From NCBI GenBank assembly GCA_019358915.1, contig JAHHIM010000036.1, positions 192,001-256,000 of the forward strand: DNA of 64,000 bases, given 5' to 3'. The notes below the pieces were generated by a model. The model saw nothing but the letters and a program-made list of their open reading frames with translations. It did not search any database and was not told the origin of the DNA. A program made the translations under genes and the position numbers. This DNA is from Trichormus sp. ATA11-4-KO1. GTDB lineage: Bacteria > Cyanobacteriota > Cyanobacteriia > Cyanobacteriales > Nostocaceae. Of the stretch, positions 31,236 to 40,983 are shown piece by piece (the stretch's first letter is position 1; each line of letters opens with the position of its first letter).

Positions 31236-31739
31236 ATGAAGGGAAAATCTCTGACCCTGATGGGTACAGCTTTAACATTGGCACTCACTACCAATGTTGC
31301 TTTTGCCCAATCAAGTAAATCCCCGATAGCCGACTCCAATAACTTGTCCACTAGTTCGCCAACGGAAATCAAGCTTTCACCAGAAGGAATGAAAATTCTG
31401 TGTGAGCGCTCCCCTCTAAATTCCCGTTGTCCAGGAGGTACAGCAGTCATTTCTCCCGCTTCTGGTAGTACATTACCAGAAACCCCGCCTTCTGAGAGCA
31501 ACACCACTCCTGAAAGTACAACAGCACCAGAGACTTTAATGGTACCTGAGTCTGATACTCCAAGTAGCACAACAACACCAGAGACTTTAATGGTACCTGA
31601 GTCTGACACTCCAAGTAGCACAACAACACCAGAGACTTTAATGGTACCTGAGTCTGATACTTCGGGTAACTTAACACCAACACCAAAAACCTTCATGGTA
31701 CCTGAGTCTGGCACTCTTGGTGAATCCATCTCCAGGTAA
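31236..31739 (+). CDS. Secreted protein with a Cys pair and 17-aa Thr/Pro/Glu-rich tandem repeats
   Basis: Signal peptide MKGKSLTL...VAFA, LCERSPLNSRC, repeats TT(A/T)PETLMVPESDTPSS; GAGG RBS. Confidence 0.78.
   Translation: MKGKSLTLMGTALTLALTTNVAFAQSSKSPIADSNNLSTSSPTEIKLSPEGMKILCERSPLNSRCPGGTAVISPASGSTLPETPPSESNTTPESTTAPETLMVPESDTPSSTTTPETLMVPESDTPSSTTTPETLMVPESDTSGNLTPTPKTFMVPESGTLGESISR
31518..31714 (+). repeat. 51-bp tandem coding repeat, three copies plus one degenerate copy
   Basis: ACAACA(G/A)CACCAGAGACTTTAATGGTACCTGAGTCTGA(T/C)ACTCCAAGTAGC units. Confidence 0.9.
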
Positions 31740-32033
31740 ATTACCAGAATATAGTGTGCTAAAAACTCCCATTAAGGGTGGTTAAAAGCTCAAATTTAAT
31801 TCTGATATTAATTTGCTGTTAAAGATGGTCGGTGCATCTTATGTCTTGTACCAATTGCATTACCTGGTGCAAGATGTAAATCGCTCGAACCAATAATGCA
31901 AGTCTTGCGTATAAGACTAAAAAGGGTTTTAGCTTTCACCGGCCTGGGTTATTCACCCAGGCTATATTGCTTAAAGTGAGATTTATTTATACAATTTATC
32001 AGCAAGAGCGATCGCCAGCTTGTCAATGACTCA

Positions 32034-32510
32034 TTAACGCGTTCTGTCACTAGAATTCGGTGTTTTTTGCCAAGAAGAAATTAGCAGACAAACAATACCG
32101 ATACTAATAAATGAATCTGCCATATTAAATACAGCAAAATTAATCAAGCGAAAATCCAGAAAATCCACGACATAGCCTAAAACAAACCGATCAATACCAT
32201 TGCCCATAGCTCCACCTAAAATCAAACCATAGCCCAACTGATCCCAACGATTTAACTCCTGACCAAACCATGCCAAAGCTATCAATACCAAACTCACTCC
32301 CAGAGATAGCCAGCGCAACCACTCTACTTTTCCACTTAATAGACTAAAAGCTGCACCCGTGTTAGTGACATAAGTCAGGTGAAATATCCCTGGTAATAAT
32401 GGTAGTGTCTGTCCCAGGCTAAAGGTTTGCACTACCCAGTATTTTGTCAGTTGGTCTAGGAAAAAAGCAATGAAAGCAGCAATCCAGAAGAGACGATTTT
32501 TTAAACGCAT
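32034..32510 (-). CDS. lspA: Lipoprotein signal peptidase II
   Basis: DQLTK, NTGAAFS, GGAMGNGIDR, VVDFLD, FNMAD. Confidence 0.96.
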   Translation of the reverse strand: MRLKNRLFWIAAFIAFFLDQLTKYWVVQTFSLGQTLPLLPGIFHLTYVTNTGAAFSLLSGKVEWLRWLSLGVSLVLIALAWFGQELNRWDQLGYGLILGGAMGNGIDRFVLGYVVDFLDFRLINFAVFNMADSFISIGIVCLLISSWQKTPNSSDRTR

Positions 32511-32584
32511 GAAACTAGGGACTAGGGACTAGGGATTGAGGTGAGGTCTTACAAAAATAATTTTAAATTTTTAGCCTCTATTAA

Positions 32585-33172
32585 CTAATAAAACATTAAG
32601 TGACGTAATATATATGCTATTACGGTAACAGCACATACTACAGCTAGCTGACCGGGTAATGCCAACCAAGAGTATCTGAGGATTGCTTGGATCAATAGCA
32701 AATTTTCTGTGCCTTTCCACTGAAAAATATAGCTGATTATCAAATAAGTAACACCGCAGATGTGGATAGTTAACAAGCCACTCAAACAACTAAAGGCAAG
32801 AGTTTCTAGTTTAGGTCTAGCTTTAAAGGCCAAAAAGCCACAAATCCACGCTCCAGGAATAAAGCCAAGCAGATAACCAAACTGAGATAGCTTGATATAA
32901 CCGATACCACCACCTTCAGCAAATACAGGAAGCAAGGTTAAACCCATCACTAAATAGGCAATTTGTGATAATGCACCAGCATTTTTTCCACCCAAACAAC
33001 CTATTAATAGCACCGCACCAACTTGACAGGTGACACCTAAAGAAAAAGTTTGAATTCCATGCTGACTCCAACTCCAAGGCAAAGTGAGACCGTAGGCTTC
33101 TAAGAAGGTACCGCCCATTGTCAGGAGTAAGCCGATCATAGACCATAGTAATTGATTGGAAGCGGCAAACAT
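32585..33172 (-). CDS. bioY: Biotin transporter BioY
   Basis: SQIAYLVMGLTLLPVFAEGGG...FGYLLGF motif. Confidence 0.88.
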   Translation of the reverse strand: MFAASNQLLWSMIGLLLTMGGTFLEAYGLTLPWSWSQHGIQTFSLGVTCQVGAVLLIGCLGGKNAGALSQIAYLVMGLTLLPVFAEGGGIGYIKLSQFGYLLGFIPGAWICGFLAFKARPKLETLAFSCLSGLLTIHICGVTYLIISYIFQWKGTENLLLIQAILRYSWLALPGQLAVVCAVTVIAYILRHLMFY

Positions 33173-33400
33173 TTATCAGGCAAAAGGGAAAAGCAACAGC
33201 AACCAGTATAGGCATTAATTCAGTCAATGAGATTTGTACTGGTATTTAAAGAAGTAGCATATTTTCTCTTGCCTGTTTGGTTGGTGATGTTATTTTTAGC
33301 TGTTAAGTCTATTTTTTTACCTTATTCAAGGCTGAGTGCTGAATCAGAAGAGGAGGGAAGTATTTTCGCATTCGGTAAATACCCCACCCCTCGCGGTCAC

Positions 33401-33463
33401 TGAGCGGCTTGAGTGACTTGTACTGAGCCTTGTCGAAGTAGCCTTCGCCGAACTCCTGTCAAA
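33401..33463. repeat. Composite (nested) SDR-type repeat; second copy at 43334-43396
   Basis: TGAGCGGCT(T/C)GAGTGACTTGTACTGAGCCTTGTCGAAGTAGCCTTCGCCGAACTCCTGTC(A/G)AA in both places. Confidence 0.8.
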
Positions 33464-34137
33464 GTACGGGTGGTTTTTTAACTCAGCACTCTTAATTGCC
33501 TACAGCGTATACCGCAGAGACACAGAGTACACGGAGGAAGAAAATAGAGAGATTTTCACAACTGATTTAAGCTCGCTACATACAGCAGACCGCAGGTAAA
33601 TAAGGTATAAATTTTAAGAACAAAACCATATACCAAGAGGTTTTCAATCCTGTTCTTTGCTGTATTATATCTTTTTTTTGTTTCTTTTATTTTTAATGAT
33701 TACTTTAATTAATTATTAGAGGTTAATATTAGACTAAAAAATATTCTATGAGTAGAAGATATCTGCATTTTTTGCTGAGGAATAAAAAGTAGAACTTCAT
33801 TATTATTGTTTTGATGTATATCGAAAATAAACCTATTAATGCTAAAAAAATATCTAAAAGATTGACAATTTAATCAAAATATTTTCCATTGTATTACATA
33901 TAGAAATTGCCTAGAATTTAATGTAATATTAGCGCCGAATCAAAGCTTATTTAGGTTAGGATATATTGACTAAAAAATCAATATATTAGCCCACGAAGCT
34001 TAATGCGTTAATAGCTAATAACTAGCTTTGGCAATGGAACAACATACAAATAAATTCATGAAGCTGGGTGAATTTCCTTCATTTAATGTTCCAGATATAA
34101 CAAGATTTTCATCCAAAAAATAGGAGGCTTCGTTCTG

Positions 34138-35166
34138 ATGGCAGATTCGATGAATGATGGTAGCAGCAACGCTTCTACTGAAGATATGAGTTCTTTGCTT
34201 CGGCAATCACCTTTTGGAGCCTTGCTAAACATTGAAGGTGTAACTCCAGAAACCTTAATGAGTTCTTTTGCCACTGCTGTTGGCAACTTCAATGATGATG
34301 AGAACCCGTTTGGTAGCGGTAGCTCACCTAGTGGAGGTAATCCCTTTTCTAATTTTGGCAACCCAACAGCTGAAGGTAGCCCGTTAACTGGCGGTGTAAA
34401 CCCCTGGGCTACTAACAACCAAGGTGATGGCGACTCATCAACTGGCGGCGGTAACCCGTTTAGTGGTGGTGGTAACTCATCAACTGGCGGCGGTAACCCG
34501 TTTGGTGGTAGTAACTCATCAACTGGTGGCGGTAACCCGTTTAGTGGTGGTGGCGACTCATCAACTGGTGGTGGTAACTCATCAACTGGCGGCGGGAATC
34601 CGTTTGGTGGTAGTAACTCATCAACTGGCGGCGGGAATCCGTTTGCTGGTGGTAGCGACTCATCAACTGGTGGCGGAAATCCATTTGGTGGTGGTGGTAA
34701 CTCATCAACTGGCGGCGGTAACCCGTTTAGTGGTGGTGGTAACTCATCAACTGGCGGCGGGAATCCGTTTGGTGGTGGTGGCGACTCCTTGACTGGTGGC
34801 GGGAATCCGTTTGGTGGTGGTGGCGACTCATCAACTGGCGGCGGGAATCCGTTTGGTGGTAGTAACTCATCAACTGGTGGCGGGAATCCGTTTGGTGGTA
34901 GTAACTCATCAACTGGTGGCGGGAATCCGTTTGCTGGTGGTAGCGACTCATCAACTGGCGGCGGGAATCCGTTTGCTGGTGGTAGCGACTCATCAACTGG
35001 TGGCGGAAATCCGTTTGGTGGTGGTAACCCGTTTGCAGGTAGTGGCGACTCCTCGACTAGTAATAGTGACCCGTTTGCTAGTGGCGATAACCCATTTGCT
35101 GGTGACAGTAACCCATTTGCTGGCGGAGGTAATCCATTTGCCGGTGGCGGTAACTCGTTTACTTAG
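34138..35166 (+). CDS. Gly/Ser/Asn-rich low-complexity protein with about 20 NPF motifs
   Basis: TAGGAGG RBS, ATG at 34138, repeats SSTGGGNPF(G/S/A)GG(G/S)(N/D), followed by a terminator. Confidence 0.8.
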   Translation: MADSMNDGSSNASTEDMSSLLRQSPFGALLNIEGVTPETLMSSFATAVGNFNDDENPFGSGSSPSGGNPFSNFGNPTAEGSPLTGGVNPWATNNQGDGDSSTGGGNPFSGGGNSSTGGGNPFGGSNSSTGGGNPFSGGGDSSTGGGNSSTGGGNPFGGSNSSTGGGNPFAGGSDSSTGGGNPFGGGGNSSTGGGNPFSGGGNSSTGGGNPFGGGGDSLTGGGNPFGGGGDSSTGGGNPFGGSNSSTGGGNPFGGSNSSTGGGNPFAGGSDSSTGGGNPFAGGSDSSTGGGNPFGGGNPFAGSGDSSTSNSDPFASGDNPFAGDSNPFAGGGNPFAGGGNSFT

Positions 35167-35200
35167 TAATAGCAATCATTCTTTTATTTTTGTGAACTAC

Positions 35201-35229
35201 CCCAACTTCTTAACTGAAGTTGGGTTTTT
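35201..35229 (+). terminator. Rho-independent terminator after the NPF-repeat gene
   Basis: CCCAACTTC-ttaact-GAAGTTGGG followed by TTTTT. Confidence 0.75.
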
Positions 35230-35322
35230 CAGTATTGTGTGCCTTTACTTTGTTAGGGATATTCTGAAAAATATCCGTCACGAAAGAAGATTCAAAGCAC
35301 GATCGCAATTTATGAAAAATGC

Positions 35323-35348
35323 AAAAAGTCGAGTGTTAACTCGACTTG
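35323..35348 (-). terminator. Rho-independent terminator at the end of the scytonemin cluster
   Basis: AAGTCGAGT-gtta-ACTCGACTT stem; T-run follows on the minus strand. Confidence 0.7.
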
Positions 35349-35370
35349 ATTACCGCTACTTTTATGCCAA

Positions 35371-36438
35371 CTAAATAGAATTTACTAATGCAGGCGGCAT
35401 AGACCAGCGATTAACTACTTTTCCCAAAACAGACATTTCCTGAACCAAGCGGTCAAATTTCTCAGGAGTGAGGGACTGAGGCCCATCAGATAAAGCTCTT
35501 GCGGGATTGGGGTGAACTTCAATCATTAAGGCATCTGTACCAGCTGCGATCGCAGCTAAAGCCATTGCTGGGACATAATCAGAGTTACCAGTCCCATGAC
35601 TAGGATCAATCATCATCGGCAGATGGGTGAGCGATCGCAAGACTGGAATTACTGATAAATCTAAGGTATTTCTGGCATATTTGGCATCAAAGGTTCTAAT
35701 CCCCCGTTCACACAAAATCACGTTGGGATTTCCTGATGCCAAAATGTATTCTGCTGCCATTAGCCACTCATCAATAGTGGCTGACATTCCCCGCTTGAGC
35801 AGCACTGGTTTATCTTGAGCGCCTACTTTTTTTAGCAACGAGAAGTTGTGCATATTCCGCGCTCCTATTTGGATGATGTCAGCTACTTTCGTTACAGCTG
35901 GTAAGTCTGCTGCATCCATCAGTTCTGTAATGATGCCTAAACCTGTAGCTTCTTGTGCTGCTGCTAACAAATCTAAAGCACTTTCGCCATATCCCTGAAA
36001 CGCGTAGGGTGAGGTGCGGGGTTTGTAAGCTCCTCCACGCAGAAACTTTGCTCCTGCTGTTTTCACCCGCTTTGCTGTCTCTACTATCATCGCTTCATTT
36101 TCGACGGAACATGGCCCAGCTACGACAACGATGGGATGATGCTCTCCGAAAGAGACACGACCGTTAGGTGTAGATACAACAACTTCGCTGGCTTCCCCGT
36201 GGCGAAATTCGCGACTTACCCGCTTGAAAGGTCGCTGTACTCGTAATACTTGCTGAATCCAAGGGCTTAATTCCTGGACTTGCAATGTATCGATGGTAGA
36301 TGTATCACCAATGATTCCTAAAATAGCTTTATGCTTGCCGATGCTTTTTTCAACGGTGACTCCCCAAACTTCCTTTAAATCTTGGGAAATTTGAGTGATT
36401 TCGCTATCAGGTGTACCATTTTTAAGGACTACAATCAT
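35371..36438 (-). CDS. aroG: DAHP synthase (class I-beta with N-terminal regulatory domain), scytonemin-cluster copy
   Basis: AGPCSVE, RGGAYKPRTSPYAFQG, QIGARNM, LLKRG, CERGIRTF, DPSHGTG. Confidence 0.93.
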   Translation of the reverse strand: MIVVLKNGTPDSEITQISQDLKEVWGVTVEKSIGKHKAILGIIGDTSTIDTLQVQELSPWIQQVLRVQRPFKRVSREFRHGEASEVVVSTPNGRVSFGEHHPIVVVAGPCSVENEAMIVETAKRVKTAGAKFLRGGAYKPRTSPYAFQGYGESALDLLAAAQEATGLGIITELMDAADLPAVTKVADIIQIGARNMHNFSLLKKVGAQDKPVLLKRGMSATIDEWLMAAEYILASGNPNVILCERGIRTFDAKYARNTLDLSVIPVLRSLTHLPMMIDPSHGTGNSDYVPAMALAAIAAGTDALMIEVHPNPARALSDGPQSLTPEKFDRLVQEMSVLGKVVNRWSMPPALVNSI

Positions 36439-36608
36439 TTTCTTTTCCTTAACTTTTATTATTGAAACTTCTTTGTGTCTTTGTAGTAAAAAAAATGAAT
36501 TTTATTAACCACTAAGACACTAAGACACCAAGTAAAATTACAAGTAAATAGAGGGAATAAACTTAGATATTTCACCCTCTTTAATAGGGCTATCTCTAGC
36601 CCCTATTT

Positions 36609-37730
36609 TTAGTGCAAAAATTTGGCAAGTTGTTCTAACTTTGTCCAAGCTGCACCGCTTTGCAGAACTTCTTGAGCTAGTACAAGACTTTTCTCGCACC
36701 CTTCTAAAATATCTGTGACTCCCTCAACGGCTTCGCTAACTTGCAGGGCGATCGCTGTATTTAAAGCGACTACATCCTGCTGTGCTTGAGTACCTTTACC
36801 TTGCAGAACTGCCTGCAAGATTTCCGCATTTGCTTGGACATTGCCACCGCGTAATGCCACAGTTGGTGCAGGAGTTAAACCTAATTTTTGAGGATTAAGT
36901 ACTAGACGACGTACTTGATTATCTTGGAGTACAGCCAAGTCTGTTAAATCTGCTAATCCAGCTTCATCTAACCTTTCTCGTCCGTAGAGGGCGATCGCCT
37001 GCCGACATCCCAATTGTGATAATGCTTGGGCGATCGTCTCCAGTAAACCTGGGTCGTTGACACCAATAATTTGTCCTGTCGGTCGCATGGGATTGACGAG
37101 AGGCCCCAACAGGTTAAAAATAGTCCTGACTTTCAAAGTTTTTCGCAAAGCAGCGACCGCCTTTAGTGCCGGATGCCAACCAGGAGCAAACAAAAAGGTG
37201 ATACCAACTTCACCAACAGCAGCCTGTACTTTCTCAGGACTGGCGTTGAGATTTATACCCAAAGCTTCCAACACATCAGCCGAACCAGTCTTACTAGATG
37301 CGGAACGATTGCCATGCTTGGCAACTTTCACCCCTGCGGCCGCAGCAACAAAAGCAACAGCTGTAGAGATATTAAAAGTTGAAGCCCCATCGCCACCAGT
37401 TCCACAAGTGTCAATTAAAGTGCTGAGTGCTGAGTGCGCTTGCCCTGAGCGAAGTCGAAGGGGAGTGCTGAGTGGGGAAGATTGAGATTGTAAGACTCTA
37501 GCCATGCCAACTAGCTCATCTGGGGATACGCCTTTGGCTTGGATGGCTGCTAAAATGGCTCCTGAGAGTACAGGGGGAATAGTTTCTGTGAGCCAACCCT
37601 GCATTAAGTCAGCAGCTTGGGGAACTGTCAAGGATTCTCTGTCAAGTAACTGTTGTAATAAAGCTGGCCAATTCTGGGAATCAAGAGTAACTTGGTTTTG
37701 TCCAGGTGGGGCTTGAGTTACAGATGTCAT
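36609..37730 (-). CDS. trpD: Anthranilate phosphoribosyltransferase
   Basis: [36 protein letters not shown]; in-frame repeat-derived insert just before the motif. Confidence 0.94.
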   Translation of the reverse strand: MTSVTQAPPGQNQVTLDSQNWPALLQQLLDRESLTVPQAADLMQGWLTETIPPVLSGAILAAIQAKGVSPDELVGMARVLQSQSSPLSTPLRLRSGQAHSALSTLIDTCGTGGDGASTFNISTAVAFVAAAAGVKVAKHGNRSASSKTGSADVLEALGINLNASPEKVQAAVGEVGITFLFAPGWHPALKAVAALRKTLKVRTIFNLLGPLVNPMRPTGQIIGVNDPGLLETIAQALSQLGCRQAIALYGRERLDEAGLADLTDLAVLQDNQVRRLVLNPQKLGLTPAPTVALRGGNVQANAEILQAVLQGKGTQAQQDVVALNTAIALQVSEAVEGVTDILEGCEKSLVLAQEVLQSGAAWTKLEQLAKFLH

Positions 37731-37764
37731 GTTATTAACACTCAATAATTAATGAACAATCAAC

Positions 37765-39000
37765 TCAGGACTGAGGATTTAAAAATTTCGCTACGGTTTG
37801 CACATCCTTGTCACCTCTGCCAGAACAATTAATGACAATGCGGGGACTGCCAGCAAGTTGAGGACAGAGAATTTCTAAATAGGCGATCGCATGAGCGGTT
37901 TCTAAAGCAGGTATAATTCCTTCTAGTTGGGAAAGTCTCTCAAAGGCATCTAAAGCCTGCCCGTCAGTGACGCTGTAATATTCTGCCCGACCGAGATCCT
38001 TTAAATAACTATGCTCAGGGCCCACACCGGGATAGTCCAATCCGGCGCTAATTGAATGTGCTTCAACTACTTGGCCGTCATCATCTTGTAGTAAATAACT
38101 CATCGCCCCATGCAAAACTCCCACCTTTCCTTGTGTGAGCGTCGCTGCATGTTTATCTGTATTGATACCTTCACCCGCCGCCTCTACTCCCACCAGGCGC
38201 ACAGCAGCTTCATTAACAAACTCATGGAACAATCCCATGGCATTGGAACCACCACCCACACAAGCCAGCAGAATATCCGGTAATCCGCCCCATTTCTCCT
38301 GACACTGAGAGCGAGTTTCTTTACCAATAACTGCGTGAAAATCACGTACTATCATCGGGTAGGGATGCGGCCCAGCAACAGAACCGAGGATGTAATGGGT
38401 TGTTTCCACATTTGTCACCCAATCCCGAATCGCCTCAGAAGTAGCATCCTTTAAAGTTCCTGTTCCTGCTTCCACTGGACGCACTTCTGCCCCCATCAAC
38501 TTCATGCGAAACACATTCAGGGCTTGGCGTTCCATATCGTGGATGCCCATATAAATCACACACGCCAATCCAAACCGCGCACACACGGTAGCAGTCGCCA
38601 CACCATGTTGACCTGCTCCAGTTTCCGCAATAATTCGCTGTTTACCCATGCGTTTAGCTAATAATACCTGAGCCAAAGCATTATTAATTTTGTGAGCGCC
38701 TGTATGATTTAAATCTTCGCGCTTTAAATAAATTTGCGCTCCCGTACCATCAGGTCTAGCGTAGTGTGTCGTCAAACGTTCCGCAAAATATAACGGGCTG
38801 GGTCGTCCCACGTAATCCCGCAGTAAGTTTTGCAGTTCCACTTGGAAACTCAAATCATGATGATATTGATCAAATGCCGCTTCCAATTCACTTAATGCCG
38901 GCATTAAAGTTTCCGGAACATATTTCCCGCCGAATTTGCCAAACCTACCCAAAGAATCAGGTCGAACAGTCGCAGTATTGATGTCTTGTATACTTACCAC
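37765..39000 (-). CDS. trpB: Tryptophan synthase beta chain
   Basis: [44 protein letters not shown]. Confidence 0.97.
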   Translation of the reverse strand: MVSIQDINTATVRPDSLGRFGKFGGKYVPETLMPALSELEAAFDQYHHDLSFQVELQNLLRDYVGRPSPLYFAERLTTHYARPDGTGAQIYLKREDLNHTGAHKINNALAQVLLAKRMGKQRIIAETGAGQHGVATATVCARFGLACVIYMGIHDMERQALNVFRMKLMGAEVRPVEAGTGTLKDATSEAIRDWVTNVETTHYILGSVAGPHPYPMIVRDFHAVIGKETRSQCQEKWGGLPDILLACVGGGSNAMGLFHEFVNEAAVRLVGVEAAGEGINTDKHAATLTQGKVGVLHGAMSYLLQDDDGQVVEAHSISAGLDYPGVGPEHSYLKDLGRAEYYSVTDGQALDAFERLSQLEGIIPALETAHAIAYLEILCPQLAGSPRIVINCSGRGDKDVQTVAKFLNPQS

Positions 39001-39171
39001 TAGTCAAAATCCTTGTATTTATCGTTCGCGTAGCGTGCGTGCAATAGAGGCGCAAAGAACGCCGACAGAGGAAGCGTTGCTGAAATACCAAAATACCTTT
39101 TTTTTTCTTTGCGCCTTTGCGCCTTTGCGTGAGGTAAATTCATACATTCAATTAGCAACGCCAAATGATTT

Positions 39172-39999
39172 TTAGTTAGCAGAACCAACAGTTTGCAAAG
39201 ATACAGAAGTAATAGCCGCTTTGAGTTGACGACAAAGTTGTTCCACAGATTGCAGCCCCTCCTCTGGACTACCTTCAGCTAACCGTTTGACAAAAGCACT
39301 ACCAACAATCACAGCATCCGCCCCCCACTCTCTTACCTGAACTGCTTGTTCTGGTGCAGAGATCCCAAAGCCGACACCAATAGGTTTATCGGTGACACTC
39401 CGCATATCCGCCAGTAAATGCTGTACACGATCTTGGATTTGAGCGCGCATACCTGTAACACCAGTCACACTTACAAGGTAGATAAAACCCTGAGATTGAC
39501 GAGCGATCGCCTCTATCCTATCTTGAGAACTGGTAGGAGCTACGAGCAAAATCACCTCAATACCAAAAGCAGCAGCAGCTTGTATTAATTGTGCTGCTTC
39601 TTCTAGGGGTAAATCTGGCACCACCAATCCGCGCACACCAGCCGCCGCAATTTCGCCTAAAAATGTCGGAATACCCCGATGCAAAATCGGATTGTAATAA
39701 GTAAATAAAATGATCGGCGCTTTCAGACTAGGACTGACATCTTGCAACATCTTCAGCACTTGCTCTAATTTTGTGCCTTTTTGCAAAGCACGAGTTGCTG
39801 CGGCTTGAATCACCGGGCCATCTGCTAAAGGGTCGGAGTAAGGAACACCCAACTCAATAAAGTCAGCACCATTGCGATCTAAAATGCGTAAAGCCTCGGC
39901 AGTGGTTGTTAAATTGGGGTCGCCAGCTGTGATAAAGGGAATCAAAGCACACTGCTGCTGCGATCGTAAAGTGTTAAAGGAATCGGAGATAGAAGTCAT
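39172..39999 (-). CDS. trpA: Tryptophan synthase alpha chain
   Basis: [43 protein letters not shown]. Confidence 0.97.
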   Translation of the reverse strand: MTSISDSFNTLRSQQQCALIPFITAGDPNLTTTAEALRILDRNGADFIELGVPYSDPLADGPVIQAAATRALQKGTKLEQVLKMLQDVSPSLKAPIILFTYYNPILHRGIPTFLGEIAAAGVRGLVVPDLPLEEAAQLIQAAAAFGIEVILLVAPTSSQDRIEAIARQSQGFIYLVSVTGVTGMRAQIQDRVQHLLADMRSVTDKPIGVGFGISAPEQAVQVREWGADAVIVGSAFVKRLAEGSPEEGLQSVEQLCRQLKAAITSVSLQTVGSAN

Positions 40000-40121
40000 T
40001 CTGGAAAATAGTTAATGATTAGTTAATAGTTCGGAAATAATCAACCATGAGCAATTAACAATGCCCACGCTACATTTTTTGTCATTGAGTATCCGAGGTT
40101 CATTAATTAATAGACAATGAT

Positions 40122-40949
40122 TTAAAGAAGACTGAACAGATTACGCACAGCTTGCTCGACATCTTTTTGTTTAACTAAAGACTCACCGATTAAAACTGCA
40201 CGCGCCCCAGCTTCGGCGACAAAAGATAAATCAGTAGGTGTATACAGTCCCGATTCACTGACAACGGTGATATCCCAGCTTTGCAATTGTTGCTGATATT
40301 GTGTTAAAAGTTGCTGTGTTGTTCGTAAATCTACTGTAAAATTTTCTAGATTGCGGTTGTTAATGCCTACTAAATGCAGGTCGTCTAGCTTTAGCACTCG
40401 CTCCAATTCAGTTAAGGTATGAACTTCTACTAATGCATTCATCCCCAAGTCATGAATTAAGTGCAAAAATTCCTGGAGTTCTGTATCTGAGAGAATGGCA
40501 GCAATTAATAAGACAGCATCTGCACCTGCCGTCCGTGCTAAATAAATTTGGTAGGGGTCAATGATGAACTCTTTACACAGTAAGGGTAAGGCGACAGCAG
40601 AGCGCACAGCCCGCAGATTAGCAAAACTACCGTCAAAAAACTTTTCATCAGTGAGAACAGATAGACAAGCCGCGCCACCTCGTTCATAAGCTTGAGCGAT
40701 CGCTACTGGATCAAAATCCGCACGAATAATTCCCCGACTCGGTGATGCTTTTTTTACTTCGGCGATTAAACTAGGTTGATGGGGATTTTGCTGTAAAGCA
40801 GTCAGGAAATTGCGCACAGTCGGCGCAGCAGTTAACTGGTGTTGCCAAGATACTAAAGGTAGTTCTTGCTGCATTTGCGCGACTTCTTGCTTTTTATGCC
40901 ACACAATTTCTTCGAGAATATGGCGCTCAATGGCAACAGGAATATTCAT
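40122..40949 (-). CDS. trpC: Indole-3-glycerol phosphate synthase
   Basis: [36 protein letters not shown]. Confidence 0.96.
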   Translation of the reverse strand: MNIPVAIERHILEEIVWHKKQEVAQMQQELPLVSWQHQLTAAPTVRNFLTALQQNPHQPSLIAEVKKASPSRGIIRADFDPVAIAQAYERGGAACLSVLTDEKFFDGSFANLRAVRSAVALPLLCKEFIIDPYQIYLARTAGADAVLLIAAILSDTELQEFLHLIHDLGMNALVEVHTLTELERVLKLDDLHLVGINNRNLENFTVDLRTTQQLLTQYQQQLQSWDITVVSESGLYTPTDLSFVAEAGARAVLIGESLVKQKDVEQAVRNLFSLL

Positions 40950-40983
40950 AAATTGCTAGATGAGGTAGACCAAAACCCAATAA

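Noticed and set aside
31518..31714. Regular repeats that could be mistaken for a CRISPR array
   Set aside because: The units are contiguous 51-bp in-frame coding repeats with no unique spacers and no cas genes
31193..31729. 178-aa minus-strand ORF antisense to the secreted repeat protein
   Set aside because: Mirror of the repeat; the plus-strand ORF has the signal peptide and RBS
34424..35374. Alternative-frame ORFs (VVVTHQLAA... and MSRYHQQTD...) over the Gly-rich gene
   Set aside because: These are shadow frames of the repeat; only the 34138 frame has an RBS, a unique N-terminus and a terminator
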